A stretch of DNA of 49,177 nucleotides from a virus (Duplodnaviria; Caudoviricetes). Below the pieces are notes generated by a model. It had not been told where the DNA came from. It did no database searches and worked only from the letters and a program-made list of their open reading frames with translations. Positions 1-7,900 of this stretch are shown one piece after another. Within the stretch, counting starts at the first letter, position 1. Each line of letters opens with the position of its first letter. The stretch covers positions 1 through 49,177 of IMG/VR virus record IMGVR_UViG_3300016654_000037; one strand, written 5' to 3'. Both the position numbers and the translations under genes were made by a program.

Positions 1-297
1 CTTGTACGGGATTTTGTCGGGGCGAGGTATCAAGTGGTGATGGTGCGCCTGACTGAACATCAGGAACTAACCCCAACAAACCCTGTCGTCAAGGCAGCAA
101 TGTTGGCGAAGGACGAGAACTTTCAGAACTTTCTCATGGAAACGGACATTACCTTTGAGAAGTCCCAGAACGCCGCAGAACAAGCGATCAGGGACATCTG
201 CGGGGTAAGGTCCAGAGCAGAACTAAACGCGTCACCAGAGGCCCGTACAGCCTTTACAGACCTATTGTCTCAATATCAGGAGTGGAAAGATGGATGA
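1..297 (+). CDS. Conserved phage hypothetical protein, 5'-truncated
   Basis: Frame of track ORF 34..297 is open back to base 1 (LVRDFVGARYQVVMVRL...). C-terminal ICGVRSRAELN motif. Confidence 0.7.
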   Translation, partial: LVRDFVGARYQVVMVRLTEHQELTPTNPVVKAAMLAKDENFQNFLMETDITFEKSQNAAEQAIRDICGVRSRAELNASPEARTAFTDLLSQYQEWKDG

Positions 298-439
298 AGA
301 AGCTAAAGCCTACTACGAAGTTAAAGACAACCCGATCTTCCAACACGCGATTCAATTACTCAGGCAGATTGAACCGCAACTCAAAGGGAACTGGCACTAC
401 AAAGTTGTCAGCTTCCTCCAGCGTTATGACCAACGATGA
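290..439 (+). CDS. Small hypothetical protein, 49 aa (MDEEAKAYYEVKDNP...YDQR), not in track
   Basis: ATG at 290 with AGGAG at 278-282. Overlaps the previous stop and fills the gap before the gene at 426. TGA at 437-439. Confidence 0.55.
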   Translation: MDEEAKAYYEVKDNPIFQHAIQLLRQIEPQLKGNWHYKVVSFLQRYDQR

Positions 440-602
440 ACTAAGAGATGTCTTCGCGGCCTTTGCTTTGATGGGTCTCCTGTCCGCTCATGGTAAACAG
501 CCCGGGATAGGGGGACTCAACCTAGCCAAAGATGCCTTTAACCTAGCAGACCAAATGATCAAGGAAAAACATGGACGAGAAGATATGGAAGAGTGGAAGT
601 GA
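426..602 (+). CDS. Small hypothetical protein of the LRDxFAA family
   Basis: In-frame ATG at 426 within track ORF 282..602 gives MTNDELRDVFAAFALMGLL...AFNLADQMIK. Paralogous to 801..968. Confidence 0.65.
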   Translation: MTNDELRDVFAAFALMGLLSAHGKQPGIGGLNLAKDAFNLADQMIKEKHGREDMEEWK

Positions 603-801
603 TGTCATGGGCGTATGGAAGAAACAGTCATACCCCAAGACACTCAACAGATGGAATGTCTATGGAGATCATGTCGTCAGTGATGAACCATTGACCAACC
701 ATAGAGAATGTTTACACGACTCATGGATACCGCCCTCAGAAGATCCCCACTATCAAAAGAAGTGGGCGTATTGGAAGGGACTCTTTGCAAAGGAATCGTA
801 A
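571..801 (+). CDS. Hypothetical protein
   Basis: 76-aa ORF with AAGGA upstream, packed between neighbours, TAATG junction with next gene. Confidence 0.6.
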   Translation: MDEKIWKSGSDVMGVWKKQSYPKTLNRWNVYGDHVVSDEPLTNHRECLHDSWIPPSEDPHYQKKWAYWKGLFAKES

Positions 802-968
802 TGGACATTCCCGAGAAACCAGACTTGAGAGACCTCTTCGCCGCCGCAGTTATTTCAGGTATTTTTGCAGGCAACTGGGGGCAAATGCCGAACAGAAAAC
901 CTGAACAAGCGTTTGCAGACATTGCCTATTTAGTCGCCGATGAAATGTTAAAGAGGAGATTGAAATGA
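801..968 (+). CDS. Small hypothetical protein of the LRDxFAA family
   Basis: ATG at 801 after AAGGA gives MDIPEKPDLRDLFAAAVISG...AYLVADEMLKRR. Paralog of 426..602. Confidence 0.65.
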   Translation: MDIPEKPDLRDLFAAAVISGIFAGNWGQMPNRKPEQAFADIAYLVADEMLKRRLK

Positions 969-1240
969 TTATCAGTGCTCAGATTATGGAGACAGTTGCT
1001 TCTCCTGTATTTCGTTTGAATGGTATTGATTATTTACCGCATTACCGGAAAGAAGTATGGGTACAACCCGGGATGTTTATTGTTAATCACAACACAAGAA
1101 AAAAATTAAATGATTACACGGAAGACAAAAGCAAACACTTAACTGCGGCTGAGTTATTTAATATGGGCGCCGAATTAATAAGCAAACATTTGTGGCTTAG
1201 ATCTTGGACCGAAGGTTGGCAAACTTGGTTAAAACCATGA
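965..1240 (+). CDS. Hypothetical protein
   Basis: GAGGAG RBS, ATGA overlap, 91 aa. Confidence 0.65.
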   Translation: MIISAQIMETVASPVFRLNGIDYLPHYRKEVWVQPGMFIVNHNTRKKLNDYTEDKSKHLTAAELFNMGAELISKHLWLRSWTEGWQTWLKP

Positions 1241-1503
1241 GCGATTCAATTAATCCAACGTATTATAAATCTCATCCGTCCGGGGTTGAGTGCATTCAAA
1301 TCACAGAACACTTTGGGTTTTGTTTAGGCAACGCCATTAAATATATCTGGAGAGCCGGGCATAAGGAAGGTAATGATGACATCCAAGACCTTGAAAAAGC
1401 ACTCTGGTATATCAAAAGAGAGATTGTTCGCCGTAGAACAATGCATGGAAATGCTCCCGGATTTACAAGAGTTTTTGATCATCGGGCTGGATCAAGCGAA
1501 TAA
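1237..1503 (+). CDS. DUF3310 family protein (T7 gp1.7-like putative nucleotide kinase / SaV-like)
   Basis: Signature INPTYY...GVECIQI...FCLGNAIKYIWRAGHK...DLEKALWYI. ATGA start at 1237. Confidence 0.85.
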   Translation: MSDSINPTYYKSHPSGVECIQITEHFGFCLGNAIKYIWRAGHKEGNDDIQDLEKALWYIKREIVRRRTMHGNAPGFTRVFDHRAGSSE

Positions 1504-1615
1504 TCTGGTTGTTAAATCAACCGTAGATCCAGATCAGATGTTTTATTTAATGGACATGGTGAAGTCATCCATGATTCACGCAATGAAGCTTCAACAACAG
1601 GGGAAAATGAATTGA
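1373..1615 (+). CDS. Hypothetical protein (start uncertain)
   Basis: 80-aa ORF with AAGGAAGG upstream. Overlaps the tail of the DUF3310 gene by about 130 nt. Confidence 0.5.
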   Translation: MMTSKTLKKHSGISKERLFAVEQCMEMLPDLQEFLIIGLDQANNLVVKSTVDPDQMFYLMDMVKSSMIHAMKLQQQGKMN

Positions 1616-1794
1616 TAGATTACACAGAGTATTTATTAAAAGCTGATAAGCATGTGCGCATGGCATATCACCACAGCGAATTAAAAGATTATAAGAGCGC
1701 CATCTTAGAATTAACTAGCGCTTTGGTTGAAATTAAATTGGCGTTAACAATTACAAAGGCATTAGATGATAAAGCTAAAAAAAGCCAAGGGTGA
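1612..1794 (+). CDS. Hypothetical protein
   Basis: 60-aa ORF with TTG start overlapping the previous stop. Confidence 0.55.
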   Translation: MIDYTEYLLKADKHVRMAYHHSELKDYKSAILELTSALVEIKLALTITKALDDKAKKSQG

Positions 1795-2020
1795 ATGGTA
1801 TATATATCCCATGGAAGAGTTAAAGAAGGTTAAGTCATTCCCTGTTTATGTTAACTCTTTGGGCCGTATAAAATTACGTTCATTCTGTTTTGTTTATATA
1901 GATAATAAAAGATATTTAGTTGACTCAGTAACAGGCAGTATGTATTCAACCTTTACAGGAGAGTGTATGAGTACACCGCAATTAAAAATTGTACCCAAGC
2001 AAGTTGCGGAGCAGCTATGA
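1766..2020 (+). CDS. Hypothetical protein
   Basis: 84-aa AT-rich ORF in an operon-like packing. Confidence 0.5.
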   Translation: MIKLKKAKGEWYIYPMEELKKVKSFPVYVNSLGRIKLRSFCFVYIDNKRYLVDSVTGSMYSTFTGECMSTPQLKIVPKQVAEQL

Positions 2021-2244
2021 AATGCCCGCCTTGTCACGGTGAATGTAACCAAGGAAGGTCTTGCCCCGCTGAGAACCATCCAGCGTATGAAAGTTGGATG
2101 GCATGGGCTAAAAACGTCGGGGTAAGTTTAAACAGATTCGTATTCACAAGATCATCCCACGGCCAAGCCTTTAGAGCGGGTTGGGATGCAAAAGGTAAAA
2201 CAGGAGAAGATGAATGGAAGAAACATACAAACGACCAAGCATAG
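2017..2244 (+). CDS. Small Cys-rich hypothetical protein
   Basis: ATGA start at 2017 with GGAG upstream. MKCPPCHGECNQGRSCP motif. Confidence 0.65.
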   Translation: MKCPPCHGECNQGRSCPAENHPAYESWMAWAKNVGVSLNRFVFTRSSHGQAFRAGWDAKGKTGEDEWKKHTNDQA

Positions 2245-2789
2245 ATTACCCATACTTCCCGGGGAATCTACGGCGAATAAGAAAAGAAAAAGGACTGTCA
2301 TTCAGGATGCTCAGTCTGATCTGCGAAGCAACGCCATCAAACCTTTGTAGGTATGAGCAGGGCATACACATGCCAAGAACAAAAACCTTAGAAAGCATAA
2401 GCCGTGCGCTCGGTGTACCGGTAAATGAACTGCTTGGACCTTTAAAAATAAATGACGAAGTTGCGGGAGAAGGGTCAACGAGTGGGCCTGTAGCGTATGT
2501 GTCTGGATCTTATGGCGGGTATTGCGTCATACAACCGATTGACCGCGCTGTCGTTTTGCCTGTTGGACTACCTCTTTACACATCACCACCTACGCAAGAG
2601 ACTGTTGAATGTATGTGCGGCATTTGCAAGCTCGGCAAACGTGAATGGGTTGGGCTGACGGATGAGGAAATCTGGAAATGCAACAAAGCGAGTGGCAATG
2701 CTGTGGAGTTTCACATTTGCTATGAACATCAGAACGTGGAGGATTTTGCGGAATCTATCGAAGCCAAACTGCGGGAGAAGAACACATGA
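2214..2789 (+). CDS. XRE/Cro-C1 HTH protein fused to a phage accessory module
   Basis: NLRRIRKEKGLSFRMLS...PSNLCRYEQG...LESISRALGVPVNELL is an XRE HTH. C-terminus has PLYTSPP...REWVGLTDEEI...IEAKLREKN. Confidence 0.8.
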   Translation: MEETYKRPSIDYPYFPGNLRRIRKEKGLSFRMLSLICEATPSNLCRYEQGIHMPRTKTLESISRALGVPVNELLGPLKINDEVAGEGSTSGPVAYVSGSYGGYCVIQPIDRAVVLPVGLPLYTSPPTQETVECMCGICKLGKREWVGLTDEEIWKCNKASGNAVEFHICYEHQNVEDFAESIEAKLREKNT

Positions 2790-3253
2790 GCAGAGAAGCT
2801 ATGCAGCAGGCGCTTGAAGCGCTGGAGAGTGATTTAATAAGTCATGCTGGGCTTGTTAGCAGAAAGCAAGCCATTACCGCCCTGCGCCAAGCACTGGAGA
2901 CAGAGCAAGAGCCGGTGGCTCACGTTGACCACCGCATTCACGGCTGGCCGGATTGCCTCGTGATAAAAGCCGACCCGCCGGATAGAGAAGACATCATCCG
3001 CATGGCTAGAGAAGCAGGGCTTGCTGATTCCAACGGGGTTGTTCATGCTTTTTTTCAACTTAAATACTTTGCATATCTTGTTGCCGAGCATGAGCGCGAA
3101 GCTATATGGAACTTGCTGTTTGAGTACGCAGGTAGAGATGATTTATCTGATTCAGATCAATCGCTGCTTAAACATTTATTAGATCTCATCGCAGCAAGGT
3201 GGCAAGAATGGAGTAACAAAGAAGGGGAAGAATCGTGGATAGAGAACAAATAA
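2786..3253 (+). CDS. Modular hypothetical protein
   Basis: MSREAMQQALEALE / AITALRQALE / QEPVA / REDIIRMAREAG blocks. ATGA overlap. Confidence 0.7.
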   Translation: MSREAMQQALEALESDLISHAGLVSRKQAITALRQALETEQEPVAHVDHRIHGWPDCLVIKADPPDREDIIRMAREAGLADSNGVVHAFFQLKYFAYLVAEHEREAIWNLLFEYAGRDDLSDSDQSLLKHLLDLIAARWQEWSNKEGEESWIENK

Positions 3254-3579
3254 TCCGCATGGCGCGGGAGGTGGGGTTGCCTTATGAATACGACACAAAA
3301 CGTATTCTGTATTTGAAACAACTTGAACGCTTTGCCGCACTTGTCGTCGCAGCAGAGCGTGAGAAAGTTGCCCAATGGATGATGATTAGAGGCTACGCGA
3401 CAGGCCACGGCGACACGACCGAGAATCTTTTGACAGAACTGGAATGGCAAATTCGGGAGCAAGAGCGTGAGTTAATTGCTCGGTCAATGGATAAGCAAGC
3501 AGATCTTGCCTGCGACTACCTTGACAGGAAATGGGCGCAAGAAATGGCAGCAGCTATTAGAGCAAGGGGTGAACAATGA
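3235..3579 (+). CDS. Modular hypothetical protein
   Basis: REQIIRMAREVG...LERFAALV...GYATGHGDT...AAAIRARGEQ. GTG start after GAAGGGG. Confidence 0.7.
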   Translation: MDREQIIRMAREVGLPYEYDTKRILYLKQLERFAALVVAAEREKVAQWMMIRGYATGHGDTTENLLTELEWQIREQERELIARSMDKQADLACDYLDRKWAQEMAAAIRARGEQ

Positions 3580-3770
3580 CCAAAGAACTTAAGATCGTTT
3601 TTGCGCCGGGATGTTTTGATGACTTTGATGGCACTCAAGAAGAGTTAGATGAATTGGTCGCCGAGATCAAAAAGATGGCCGAGCAAGGAACACTAGAGGA
3701 GCAATTCGCCCCACTCAGCGAAGAGGAGGAAGAAGAGTTTCTGCGTCTACAAAGGAAAACACGCCAATGA
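3576..3770 (+). CDS. Small acidic protein
   Basis: 64 aa, D/E-rich (FAPGCFDDFDGTQEELDELVAEI). Confidence 0.7.
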   Translation: MTKELKIVFAPGCFDDFDGTQEELDELVAEIKKMAEQGTLEEQFAPLSEEEEEEFLRLQRKTRQ

Positions 3771-4066
3771 CATCAGAGATTAATGAACGACAAGCACGTT
3801 ACTTAAAATACTTACAACAGCGTCAGGGTCCCGTTTCTGCTGTTGAGATCGGGCGCCTATTCAATAGATGCCCTGAGAACATCACCGCAGTTCTAAGACC
3901 TTTGGTCGCAGCGGGACTAGTCAAGAGACAGTTAGTGATGAGGCAAAAGACTGTCGCCTCAAAAAAGCAGAAAGCCTATTACTATGAAGCTGTCGATAAG
4001 CCCATGCCTCCGGTCATAGTTAAGAAAAAGCCTTTCCAATACCACAACCCATTTAACTTAGCATGA
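3767..4066 (+). CDS. Winged-helix DNA-binding protein
   Basis: YLKYLQQRQGPVSAVEIGRLF...ITAVLRPLVAAGLVKR...YYEA fits a wHTH pattern. Confidence 0.65.
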   Translation: MTSEINERQARYLKYLQQRQGPVSAVEIGRLFNRCPENITAVLRPLVAAGLVKRQLVMRQKTVASKKQKAYYYEAVDKPMPPVIVKKKPFQYHNPFNLA

Positions 4067-4551
4067 GACCCGAAGACAGAGACCATGCCAAAGTTATAAA
4101 CAACATCAAGACAAGCCACGCCACCGTTGAACGGATTGCACAATGGCTTGTCTCTAAAGGTTATCCAACGATCATCACCCCAACGAATTACGCCAACACT
4201 TATGAAGAGCGTTTAAACTGTGCGGATAAAGGGGATCTTTATATCTCCACTGAACAAGGTTCTTTGCGGGTAGAAGTAAAACAGCTCGGCACAACCTTTA
4301 CTTGTAAAGACGACTGGAAATTTAAAGATCAGGCGATTGTCTGTGCAAAACATTCATTTGATAAAGCCTCTCCTACGCCTTACCTTTATATTCTTGTCAG
4401 CGCCGATAAGGTACACGCCATGTTTGTTTACAGCTCAACCAAAGATCATTGGATAGCCAAGCAATTTAAAGACTCAAGGTATGAGAACATGACGCAGTAT
4501 TTTTATGTATGTCCCACCGAACACATTCTATTCGGGAGGATTGATGGATAA
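4063..4551 (+). CDS. Putative PD-(D/E)xK-like nuclease-fold protein
   Basis: DKGDL...RVEVKQ matches D...ExK spacing. Confidence 0.55.
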   Translation: MRPEDRDHAKVINNIKTSHATVERIAQWLVSKGYPTIITPTNYANTYEERLNCADKGDLYISTEQGSLRVEVKQLGTTFTCKDDWKFKDQAIVCAKHSFDKASPTPYLYILVSADKVHAMFVYSSTKDHWIAKQFKDSRYENMTQYFYVCPTEHILFGRIDG

Positions 4552-4690
4552 GTACTTTATCTTGAAAGAAGATATATACAAGATCTTAGATAATGCACAG
4601 ATCCCTGAGTCAGAACGCCAACGCATAAAGATGCTGATAGATGAACAACCAGTTGTCGCAGAAAGAAAAGAACTGGCTACAGAAGGTTAA
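4544..4690 (+). CDS. Small hypothetical protein
   Basis: GGAGG RBS, then ATG at 4544 (MDKYFILKEDI...). Confidence 0.55.
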   Translation: MDKYFILKEDIYKILDNAQIPESERQRIKMLIDEQPVVAERKELATEG

Positions 4691-4919
4691 GTCCTTACCT
4701 TGTTCTGTGTGTGACGCACCCGGACCTTCAGACGCTCACCATATCAAACAAGGTAGACAGTACACCTGTGTCGCTTTATGTAAGGACTGCCACCAAGGTT
4801 CTATCCTTGGATGGCATGGTCAGAAGAGAGCTTGGTCTATTAGAAAGATGGACGAGCTAGACGCTTTGAATGTGACTATTCTTCGTTTAGCCGAGACGCT
4901 CTTTCATAAACACCCCTGA
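4641..4919 (+). CDS. Zn-binding HNH-like small nuclease (DUF968/DUF1364/Ref-like)
   Basis: LPCSVC...SDAHH...VALCKDCH motif. Confidence 0.75.
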   Translation: MNNQLSQKEKNWLQKVKSLPCSVCDAPGPSDAHHIKQGRQYTCVALCKDCHQGSILGWHGQKRAWSIRKMDELDALNVTILRLAETLFHKHP

Positions 4920-7900
4920 TCCTCTTGTTAATTCTTAGCCCGTGCTCAGTTTCTGCACTGGCTGCATCTCTTGCACGAAGACTTTGGGTTAGGGTCTGAC
5001 CTGTAATCTCATAGCCGGGATACTTTTCATTGAAGCGTTCAATCGCCGCTTCAATATCTTCAATTGCGTCATAGTCATTCTCATGAATCGCCAAGGCGAA
5101 TCTATTCAATAGTCGCTTACGAGACATGGTTGCTTGAGACTCAACGGCGCGGATGGCTGTGTTCTCTTCCAGTTGTCGGGCGACTTCAGTTGGTGCATAT
5201 CCAATCGCTCTTAAGAACGACTGATAAGTATTCACTTCCTCAACGATGGGATCTCCCTTCATCGTTAAGACACCTTCTGTGTAATAACGGAAACCTTTCA
5301 TACCATTAGCTACCGCTAGAGGGATCATCATCTCTATACCTTGGTAGACGTTCCCATTAGACATGGCGCCTAGACCTTTGGAGAAGTTAATCGCCAACCC
5401 ACCCAAAGGTCCGGTGATGTCTGCAATCCACTGAAGGGTTGCTTCTTTCTGTTCCTGTTCTTCTGCTTGTTTTGCTCCTAGTCTTCCGACCTCTCTGAAG
5501 ATGAGTCCGTTCATAGAGACTCTTTCTGAGAAGTCCGCGCCGGTTAAGTAAGAGACCGGACCCTTAGCGATAATGTCCGCAGCAGAAGCACCTAAAGAGT
5601 CAGTCAGCCAAAGTTTAAACCTTGTCTCTGCATCAAAGACTTCATCTTCCTCATCACCAAACAACGCATTAGCCACTAACATGGTCATGAGATACATCGG
5701 ATAAGGTAACCCCATAACCCCGGAGAAGAGACCTGTCATCCCCATAATCCCGACCAATGTATCTCTAGCTTCTCTTGCTCTGTCAATGGCTTCTTGTTCT
5801 AGAGGGGTACCTTTGTATCTCTTGATCACATGTTTACCCAGGATCTGAGCTTCTCTCAACAGCAGGTAGGTCATGTTCATGCCGTACTGTTTAAACATGA
5901 AGATGACTTTGGCGTATTCACCTTGAGCAATCGGTGCTTTATTAGAAGCTGAGTAATCAAAGTGAGAACGTCTTACTAGACGAGACGCTTCTTTGATGGC
6001 AGCTTCATGGTCGCCTGACTTATCAAACGCCATCCTATAGGCCGCATAAGCCGTTGTAGACCTATTAAAAACTTCTGCCCCGTGGAACATAGCAGCCGTC
6101 CACTTCATGAACGTATTGAGCTTAGTCCCTACTATGGAAGGCTTGTCTGTTAACTGAGCAAGATCCATGGTTTGTGTGCGGGATAAGGTACCGTTATCCA
6201 TCAAAGCTTCTATTGCTTTGAGTTCTCTTTCATATCGTTTCTTATCGGCGCCAGAAGATTCTTTAACTCTTTGTTCTAAAGCACGAACCATAGAGAAAGG
6301 TTCATCTAAGTTCCTTTCTCCTGAAGACATAAACAAACGAGAAGCACCAAGCATCTCATTCATGGCCTTACCAAAACCAAACCTAGCGCCGAGGATAGGA
6401 TAAGCCACCGTAGCATTCTGTGATAGGTTGGTAATCGCTGAAGCAGGAGCGGTAAGGAACCAAGTAAATCCTAAGATCCCCGCTGCATTAGAAAACATAG
6501 ACGAGGGGGTAGGATTAAGGATGAACTCCTGTCTCTTTAATAAAGCGTTAAAGAGTTCTTGAGGTTCAGCGCCTTCGCCTTTCTTATTAGCTTCACTTAT
6601 CCTCTCCCGCATCTGATCCATAGACTTCTCAAACTGCGGGGCATACTTAAGTCTTGCTAAGTTATAGGCTCCATGAAAGGTGTTCTCAGCAAAGACTCTG
6701 ACGATGTCATTACTGTATCCTGGTGTTCCCTTTCTAGGGATGAAGTGCTTCCTCATAGAGACTTCAGGAAGCATCGTGAGATAAGCTGCCCACAGGTCTT
6801 GCTTAAGTTCCGTTGGGTTCTTGGCCGAATCTACCGTATCAATTAACTCTTTGATCACCGAGTTGGGGATAGGCATATTGAGGTTACGTTCCTCTCTTAG
6901 CCCAGCCTTTACGTCTTTAAGATGAGAGATAGATTGTTTAAACTTCTCTGCCTCTGACCGGTTCTCAAACATCACAAACCGTTCTACGCCGTCGTTGTAA
7001 GAGACCCAGTACTGACCGAAACGAGCCAAAGGAAAGTACGGACCTTTGACCCTAGCTGTTTCAAACTGTTTCTTCAGACGAGCATTGATCTCAGCTTTCT
7101 TGTTCTTATCAGTAATGGCTGAGTCTATCCTTTGAAGTAACAAAGCATAGTAAGCGTTGTATCTATTCTCATAGAAGTCTCTCATCTTCCGATAGAGAGC
7201 TTTAGCTTGTGGGTCTAGCTTGTTCCACATCTGTGTGATCGCGGGATTCCTATCAGTACCCGGGCGATCAGGATCAAAGGACGCTAACGTAGAACTATGC
7301 GCCACATCAGCCAATAGTTCAGACTGATCTGGTTTGGCCCGGGCTAAGTCTGATAACTCCTTAGCAATCTTATTCGCCGCAAAGAGTTGCTTGTCTCTAT
7401 AACCTGCCATCTCTTGGAAGGTCTCATAGTAGGTTGTCATCTCAGGTAGGATGTCTTTACCTACGTCTGCTAACTGCTCTAGAGTCAAGAAGTTATAGAG
7501 TAACTTCTTATTATCCAGACCCATATCAAGGATCTTATCTACAACCTGCTTACCAAAGGTCGGGGATTGGGCCATGAACTGATTGACGACGTTCATACCC
7601 TGTTTCGCTGTGACAGGAGACTTAGCTAAGTTGTATCCGTTAGAAGCTTCTTTAGATTGAACAGCGTCTATCTTCTCTAGAGCTTTCTCTTGCATATCTG
7701 CAATCGGGGATCGGGCAAAAGATAGGCGCCGATCATCAATAGAGAAGTCTCCAATATTAAAGACAGACTTAACTTGAGATGGTTCATAGACGGCGAGGTT
7801 CTTAGTACCACCCTCTTCTACATAGAATCCATCAAAACCTAAAGCACGGATAGCTTTCTGTGTATGCGGCTTTTCAATAACAGACCAAAGTCCGGCGCCA

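Noticed and set aside
282-425. N-terminal extension of track ORF 282..602 (and similarly 708..800 and 1963..2016)
   Set aside because: Better starts lie downstream (426, 801, 2017) and the extensions overlap other plausible genes.
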